Origin: Promethearchaeota archaeon
GTDB taxonomy: Archaea; Asgardarchaeota; Lokiarchaeia; Sigyniarchaeales; SOKP01
Assembly: GCA_030606485.1 (NCBI GenBank)
Contig: JAUWGH010000013.1
Location: 1-32,000, forward strand
DNA length: 32,000 nt
Direction: 5' to 3'
Shown: positions 26,201 through 32,000 of the stretch, in pieces
Numbering within the stretch: the first letter of the stretch is position 1
Layout of the letters: each line of letters starts with the position of its first letter
Notes under the pieces: model-generated
The model's database searches: none
Told to the model about the DNA's origin: nothing
What the model saw: the letters and a program-made list of their open reading frames with translations, nothing else
Position numbers and translations under genes: made by a program

Positions 26201-29200
26201 TTGGTTGAGCACAAAAACATGGCAGAGGTAAAAGATAATTCAGCATATCCGTATGTATCGGTATTCAAAAAGAAACCTTTTAGGTCATTTACTTTTGCCA
26301 TAGAGGAAGATATAGGGAATTTTTTTATACCAGATTATAATAAGATCGTAGAATTTTACAGATATTTTGAAAAAAATTTATTAAATTTTAAAAATCTGAA
26401 TTTAGAGAATATATATTGGTTTCTTTTATTGGGGAAATATTTGAGGGAAGATATATCCATAAATCTCAAAAAGATCATTAATTTCATAACAGGATGTGAA
26501 ATTTTTGAAGAAAATTCCCTAGGATTTAAGTTCTCTCCTGAATCTAAACAGAGAAAACCCGATAATTGGTCAACCTTTTTTGCTTTAGCCAGTTTAAATT
26601 TATTAGGACAATTAGATGCTTATTTGTCTACACATCCAAGAGAAAATATAAAAGAAAAGATTATTAATTTTATTTTTAAGACCAGAGATAAAGGGCGTTT
26701 TGTTCATTGTTTAAACAAAAATTGTACAATTTGCCAAAAAACAACGCCTATTAGAACAAGTTTTTTCGTAATAGAAGCATTAATTCTTCTAGATTTTGAT
26801 ATCAAATTACAACAAAATGTGTTTTTAAAATATTTTAATGATTTAAAAAAGAAATATTCTATAATATTTCAATTACTGAGTCTTAAATATTTTGATTTAA
26901 TTTCTGATATCGAGACTAAACACTTAAAATATTTACACCAATTTCAACAAAATGATGGTGGTTTTAGTTTTAAGGAAAATATTGGAAAAATTAATGAAAC
27001 ATTTTGGATTATTTATGTTTTGGAAAACTATTCCTGGTTGCTTGATTACAATCGTGGAAGGATTTATTCTTTTCTCTCAACGAAAATCAAAGGCTTAAAT
27101 CATGATTATAATTCATTTAATACCTTGAAATTGATGGATATTTCGAAAATTATTTTAATGTGCTCATTTATTTGGTCTAAATTTATTGAAGAAGTTGAGA
27201 GAACCGCTTTTAGACATTTGGATATAAATACTTCTTTAGACTTAAATATTTTGAAAAAAGAGTTAGGAATAAATGAGGGAATACCAGAAATTCTTAGATA
27301 TATTAATCAGAAATATAACTTTAATTTAGAGATTTTAGATAATGAAATTGAATTTAATAATTATTTAAGAAATTTAACTCGAGAAAATGCATATTTAGCT
27401 AAATCAGTATATGCGTCGATAAAAAATAATAGCGTCATCTATTTAAATAAACTTCTGAATGACTATAAATACAATTACCCAAATAAGTCAAAAAAAATTA
27501 GGGATTTGATCCTTCTAATAGAAGATTTAATTTCGCACAACTTTTTCCAAGGTCGAATTCTTCGGAAAAACATGATTTTTTTTAGTAAATATTATTTATA
27601 TAAAGACAAATTTATTTATGAAGTAATTAGAATTGATTCTGATATAAATAGCGAAGAAATAATTAATGAAAAATTTAAATTGGAGGAAATCAAAACAGAT
27701 ATTTATAATATTATAATTAAATTAAAAGATACGCCAAAAAAGATTAAAGAAGAGATTAAAAGCCTAATACTTGTAAATGAATTCGACTTAGCAAAAGAAA
27801 GGTTAAAATATAATGTTAAAAATGCTTTAATGGAAGCCGATTTTTTAAATGAAAATATTGAAAATTCCTTTTCTACAGATTTTAAATACATAAATCCAAA
27901 TTATCAGTTATCTAATGAGATAGTAGAATGGAACAAGAATTATTCGGAAATTCGAGGCAAGTATTTTAATTTACAAAATTATTTTAATGAAATTTTCAAG
28001 GAAAAAGAAAATTTAAAAAATTTCAAATTAATTTTGAATAAATTGGAAGACATAATTGACAAAAATGAACAAAAGATCTATTCTTTAATTGATCACTTTA
28101 AAAACTTATTTAGAGAATCCCTAGAGAAATCATATTCCAATGAAATTGTCCAACAATTATTAAAAGTATGCGAACATCTTAATTCAGAAATTATGAAATT
28201 AGATACGCAAATCTATGAAATATCACATAAAATTACTTCTAAAGAAAAATCCATTCAAAAAGTGCAAAAGAAGGTCATCTCAAAATGGATATCAATTAAA
28301 GAAGATGCAGATACGTTTATTGATTATTTCCTAGAAGGATTTAAGATTTATGAAAATGATAAAAATGAAATGAATGAAATAGAACAAAGTACTTCTATGA
28401 TGATTAATGAACTCAAAAACACAGTTGATTTAATTTTAAAAGAAAAGAAATATCAACTGGCACTGGAAATTATTGAAGAGAAAACTGAGAAGCATTTAAA
28501 TGAAAAATTAGAATTAGTTAAAAATTCTCAATCGAAGTTAAAGGAAAATATGAAGAGTAAGAGAAAACTTTTTCTACTTCTAAAAAAAATTCAAGAGGAT
28601 TGGAATAATTTAGAGCAAAAAATAATTGCGAAAATTGATAATTATCGAAATTCTATTGAAGAGAAAGTTATTCAAGAACGCGAACTTGAGAAATTAAAAG
28701 AATTTGACTATTTTATAAAAAGCAATATTTCTATTTTAAAAGAACAAATAAGAAAGAAAGAAAATGAATGTGAGAAAGATTTAAATTATCAAAAACTTAA
28801 AATCAACAATTTAAAATCTCGAATTGATAAACTTTCTAAAGAGTATTCAGATCTCAACGAAAAAGTTAAAAATAAAGTAAAACAACTTACTAAAATTGTA
28901 GTGGATTTTCAAGAGAAATCAAAGTTATGTATGTTATCATGGAATAAATTCCTAGATCTATTTAAAAATAATTTGAATGATTTAAAAAATAAATATACAA
29001 ACGAAATTATTAAACAAGAGATTCTGTCAACTAGCTCACAATCAAAAACAAATCTCATAAAACTAGATGATTTAAAGAAAAAATTGAATCTTAAATGTAA
29101 TGTTTTAATAGAAAGAATTAATGAAATGATAGAAATTACAAAATTAGACGGAGAATTGGATGAAAATGACAAAGAACTTCTTGTTCACACTGATGATTAT

Positions 29201-30631
29201 TATAAGAATAAACAATTGCGAAATTTTATTGAAAAACAAATAGAGAAATTAGGAAATGATTTCGGAAAATTAGTATCTCTATATGAATCTGCAATAAAAA
29301 ATAAATCTCTTAAAGTTAATATTTTAGAAATTCAAAATAGAATAGAAGATTTTAATACACGGCAATTAAATTTAGAAAGAAGTTACCAAAATGAAATTTT
29401 AAAAATTGGTATAAATATAAATAGAGATGATTTCTTAGCGAATAGAAATTTTTTCAATACTGAACTTAATAGATATAGAGATATTATTGATGAAATTAAC
29501 AAAAATACAATACTTTTTAATCAACTTATTAATTTCATCGGTGGAGTATTCAACTCTCTAAGAATCCAATTACGGGAATTAAATAAATCCTTTCAAGATG
29601 AAGCTGAAAAAATAAATGATTATGAGAAACTTTTAAATAATTTTAGCGGAAAAATCTTGAAATTATCTGAAACTATGAGAGTTTCTTTCAATAAAAATGA
29701 GCAAGAAATTAGCACCACGATGATCCAGAATGAAAGTTTAAAAATATTAAATTCTGAAATTCGAGAAGAGCTCGTTTTTAATAAAAATTTATTTAATAAA
29801 GAATTTGAAGAATTTAAGGAAAATGTATCAAAAAAATTAAACTTGATTAAAAATGACGCTTTAAAAGAGAATTTAATGCATTTTATAAATAGAAACCAGG
29901 TTCTACTTAATCAAATGCTAGGATCCTTAGAACGAAAAGTTGAAGATAAATTAGAAATTAAAGATTTTAAATCTACAAGTATTATGGTTCAAAGAAGGGT
30001 TAAGAAAATACGTGAAAAATTAAAATATATTGAAAATGAAACATCTAAACTTAAAAAAGAATTCAAAAAAGCATCTCCTACATTCAATACAAAAAATAAA
30101 TTTCTTTTTGATGATTTCAAACATTTTCTGCATGAGTATGATGAGATAATTAATGAGAAAATTAAAAAATTAGAGCAATTAATTCTAAAAAGCTATGTTG
30201 AAATTGTTATTAAAGCGGTAAAAGACGAATATATAACAATATCTTTTTTGGCGCACGAACTAAAAAATAAAAAAGATAAGATTCAAACATATATTATAAA
30301 TATGATTGGTGCTAATGAATTACCTGGAAAATATGACCCTGAACTTCAGATTTATTTTGAAAATCTTGAGATTATTGATAATCTAAACCCGGCTCAGCTA
30401 AAAGTAATTAAAACTACTAATTTTAAACTCTATGAATTTCTTAACCGGTTACGTTTTTTTACCAGTCAATATAGTTCCATACTTACTTTTATTGCCGCAA
30501 TTTTCACAATAACATTATCCCTTTATAATTTATCTGGGGGAAATCCATTAACAGTAATAATTCCTCTCTCTATTGCGATATTAATTACCTTATATCTTTT
30601 ATTAAGAAAGCAAAAAGAAGAGAAAATATGA
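26201..30631 (+). CDS. Giant protein: prenyltransferase-beta/squalene-cyclase-like repeats, PCI-like winged helices, coiled coils and C-terminal 2-TM anchor
   Basis: Repeats IINFITGC...GFKFSP...STFFALASLNLLG and LHQFQQNDGGF...ETFWIIYVL; wHTH-like LIEDLISHNFFQGRI, INEMIEITKLDGELD and IINMIGANELPGKYD; long K/E/N/L-rich helical stretches; hydrophobic hairpin at aa ~1427-1467. Likely start is ATG 26219. Confidence 0.7.
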   Translation: MVEHKNMAEVKDNSAYPYVSVFKKKPFRSFTFAIEEDIGNFFIPDYNKIVEFYRYFEKNLLNFKNLNLENIYWFLLLGKYLREDISINLKKIINFITGCEIFEENSLGFKFSPESKQRKPDNWSTFFALASLNLLGQLDAYLSTHPRENIKEKIINFIFKTRDKGRFVHCLNKNCTICQKTTPIRTSFFVIEALILLDFDIKLQQNVFLKYFNDLKKKYSIIFQLLSLKYFDLISDIETKHLKYLHQFQQNDGGFSFKENIGKINETFWIIYVLENYSWLLDYNRGRIYSFLSTKIKGLNHDYNSFNTLKLMDISKIILMCSFIWSKFIEEVERTAFRHLDINTSLDLNILKKELGINEGIPEILRYINQKYNFNLEILDNEIEFNNYLRNLTRENAYLAKSVYASIKNNSVIYLNKLLNDYKYNYPNKSKKIRDLILLIEDLISHNFFQGRILRKNMIFFSKYYLYKDKFIYEVIRIDSDINSEEIINEKFKLEEIKTDIYNIIIKLKDTPKKIKEEIKSLILVNEFDLAKERLKYNVKNALMEADFLNENIENSFSTDFKYINPNYQLSNEIVEWNKNYSEIRGKYFNLQNYFNEIFKEKENLKNFKLILNKLEDIIDKNEQKIYSLIDHFKNLFRESLEKSYSNEIVQQLLKVCEHLNSEIMKLDTQIYEISHKITSKEKSIQKVQKKVISKWISIKEDADTFIDYFLEGFKIYENDKNEMNEIEQSTSMMINELKNTVDLILKEKKYQLALEIIEEKTEKHLNEKLELVKNSQSKLKENMKSKRKLFLLLKKIQEDWNNLEQKIIAKIDNYRNSIEEKVIQERELEKLKEFDYFIKSNISILKEQIRKKENECEKDLNYQKLKINNLKSRIDKLSKEYSDLNEKVKNKVKQLTKIVVDFQEKSKLCMLSWNKFLDLFKNNLNDLKNKYTNEIIKQEILSTSSQSKTNLIKLDDLKKKLNLKCNVLIERINEMIEITKLDGELDENDKELLVHTDDYYKNKQLRNFIEKQIEKLGNDFGKLVSLYESAIKNKSLKVNILEIQNRIEDFNTRQLNLERSYQNEILKIGININRDDFLANRNFFNTELNRYRDIIDEINKNTILFNQLINFIGGVFNSLRIQLRELNKSFQDEAEKINDYEKLLNNFSGKILKLSETMRVSFNKNEQEISTTMIQNESLKILNSEIREELVFNKNLFNKEFEEFKENVSKKLNLIKNDALKENLMHFINRNQVLLNQMLGSLERKVEDKLEIKDFKSTSIMVQRRVKKIREKLKYIENETSKLKKEFKKASPTFNTKNKFLFDDFKHFLHEYDEIINEKIKKLEQLILKSYVEIVIKAVKDEYITISFLAHELKNKKDKIQTYIINMIGANELPGKYDPELQIYFENLEIIDNLNPAQLKVIKTTNFKLYEFLNRLRFFTSQYSSILTFIAAIFTITLSLYNLSGGNPLTVIIPLSIAILITLYLLLRKQKEEKI

Positions 30632-30652
30632 ATTAAAATTACATAAAATTTT

Positions 30653-31999
30653 TTATACGTTTACTTTTCTTGCTTGCTCAATCACTTTCATTGGTGATTG
30701 TTGTACCGTTAAATCTTCATACATATTGTTTTCTTTTAATTGAGAGCTAATTACATCTCCAGAAACTCCCATAGTACGAAGCATTTGGTAACCATTTCTT
30801 ATTACTGCTTTAATGAATCTAGGGACTTGGGGAAGCATCCAATTGAATTTGGAAAATGGATTAATATAACGTTTTGCTATCATTTTGAGCCAATCTCTGC
30901 CCATATAATAATCAGCATAAGCTTCTGCCACTAACCCATACATCTCTTGATTGCTTAATTGTTCTGTTCTCATCATAGCATGGAAGAGATCGTAGTACTT
31001 ATAGTTGTTGGTTGTAATCATATTTTTACTCTTCATCTCGTCGTAAAAGGGAGTGCCAGGAAAGGCGGTAATTGGTGTAAATTGTACAAAAGTCAAATTA
31101 AGCGATTTTGTGAATGAAATATTTTGACGGACCATTTCTTTGGTTTCACCAGGATAGCCAATTATTACACCTCCAAAAATAGAAATACCATGATCTTGCA
31201 GCATTTTAACAACTTTTATTATTTTAGCAGGTGTAGTATTTATTTTACCCATAGCATCAAGGCTTTGTTGATGAACAGATTCAATGCCAAGAAATACTTG
31301 TCTCATACCTGCTTTTTGCATAAGATCAACTAACCATGGATTTTGGTAAAGTGTATCGACTCTTGATTGGCAGCTAAAATAAAATTTATTTGGAAACCCC
31401 GTCTGGATAATAGTATCTAAAATTTTTTTGGTACGTTTAGCTTTAATAGTAAAATTATCTTCACAGAAAAAAATAAAATTATGACCCAAATTCACATCAT
31501 ATATTTCTTGCATGATTCTTTTTACGCTTTTAGTTCGATATGAGATATGGTGGATGGGATCTTTCCACATTTTAATGATACAACAAAATTTACACGAGTG
31601 GGGGCATCCTCTTGATGTTTCAAGTTGAGCCACTCTTGTACCTAAATAAATATACTTTTTCCATTTTAATAAATCTCTTCTAGGCATAGGAAAATTATCT
31701 AAGTTCGTTTCTAATCTGCGATCCTTATTATGAATAACTTTCCCATTATTATTTTTATAGGAAACACCATCTATTTCTTTTAATGCTACTTGATTTAGAT
31801 TTCCATCAATATAATCAATTATTTCTTTAAAAGTATGCTCACCTTCACCCCGAATTGCATAGTCAACGGATTGATGTTTAGCTACATAATCCGGATCGAG
31901 TGTTGGATGATATCCGCCAATAATTGTTGTACAACCCTGTTCTTTGGCCATTTGTGCAACTTCAAACGCGTGATCTATTTGGGGTGTCATACTTGTAAT
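30653..31999 (-). CDS. Cobalamin-dependent radical SAM protein (5'-truncated by window edge)
   Basis: CPHSCKFC (CxxxCxxC) after TSRG; IIGGYHPT and RGEGE of the B12-binding domain; GIES and IIGYPGET. Frame stays open to the edge (ITSMTPQ). Confidence 0.92.
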   Translation of the reverse strand: MTSMTPQIDHAFEVAQMAKEQGCTTIIGGYHPTLDPDYVAKHQSVDYAIRGEGEHTFKEIIDYIDGNLNQVALKEIDGVSYKNNNGKVIHNKDRRLETNLDNFPMPRRDLLKWKKYIYLGTRVAQLETSRGCPHSCKFCCIIKMWKDPIHHISYRTKSVKRIMQEIYDVNLGHNFIFFCEDNFTIKAKRTKKILDTIIQTGFPNKFYFSCQSRVDTLYQNPWLVDLMQKAGMRQVFLGIESVHQQSLDAMGKINTTPAKIIKVVKMLQDHGISIFGGVIIGYPGETKEMVRQNISFTKSLNLTFVQFTPITAFPGTPFYDEMKSKNMITTNNYKYYDLFHAMMRTEQLSNQEMYGLVAEAYADYYMGRDWLKMIAKRYINPFSKFNWMLPQVPRFIKAVIRNGYQMLRTMGVSGDVISSQLKENNMYEDLTVQQSPMKVIEQARKVNV

Positions 32000-32000
32000 C

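Noticed and set aside
17467-30631. Eukaryote-like prenylation pathway (prenyltransferase-beta-like head, Rce1-like CPBP protease, small GTPase)
   Set aside because: The GTPase ends KKYDKK and no ORF here ends in a CAAX box. The head lacks evident catalytic zinc ligands, there is no alpha subunit, the genes are unlinked, and CPBP proteases are ubiquitous.
518-31333. Short antisense or nested ORFs in the track (e.g. 518-736, 3232-3573, 6065-6376, 10621-10935, 23101-23352, 27703-27891)
   Set aside because: All overlap well-supported genes and lack recognisable motifs; they are shadow ORFs.
1-32000. Selenoproteins (in-frame TGA/SECIS), tRNA, rRNA, CRISPR arrays, IS elements
   Set aside because: No ORF appears split at a TGA in a Cys-equivalent position. 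I saw no GC-rich structured RNA, no regularly spaced repeats and no transposase, by eye.

Overview
AT-rich (roughly 30% GC or less, by eye) archaeal chromosomal window. Gene content points to an Asgard archaeon (Lokiarchaeia/Helarchaeales-like; inference): PAS histidine kinase, archaeal Hsp20, MglA-like GTPase, longin/uDENN-like protein and PCI-like winged helices. It holds 23 intact or edge-truncated CDSs, one unannotated truncated gene and one possible toxin stub. I saw no rRNA, tRNA, CRISPR array or transposase. Highlights: (1) a methanogenesis-marker-9 (COG4008-like) protein with all 8 Cys, translationally coupled to a DHH/DHHA1 phosphoesterase; (2) a 1476-aa protein with prenyltransferase-beta-like repeats, several PCI-like winged helices, long coiled coils and a C-terminal membrane anchor; (3) a Glu/Leu/Phe/Val dehydrogenase with a non-glutamate pocket, an insertion at the animal GDH antenna position and a CBS pair; (4) two FAD-oxidase plus HdrD-like Fe-S modules and a 41-codon stub of a third flavoprotein; (5) a standalone BREX-like AAA+ ATPase between Hsp20 and the longin-like gene; (6) an orphan MNT antitoxin followed by an 8-codon HEPN-like stub. 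All family calls come from motif recognition, not database searches.
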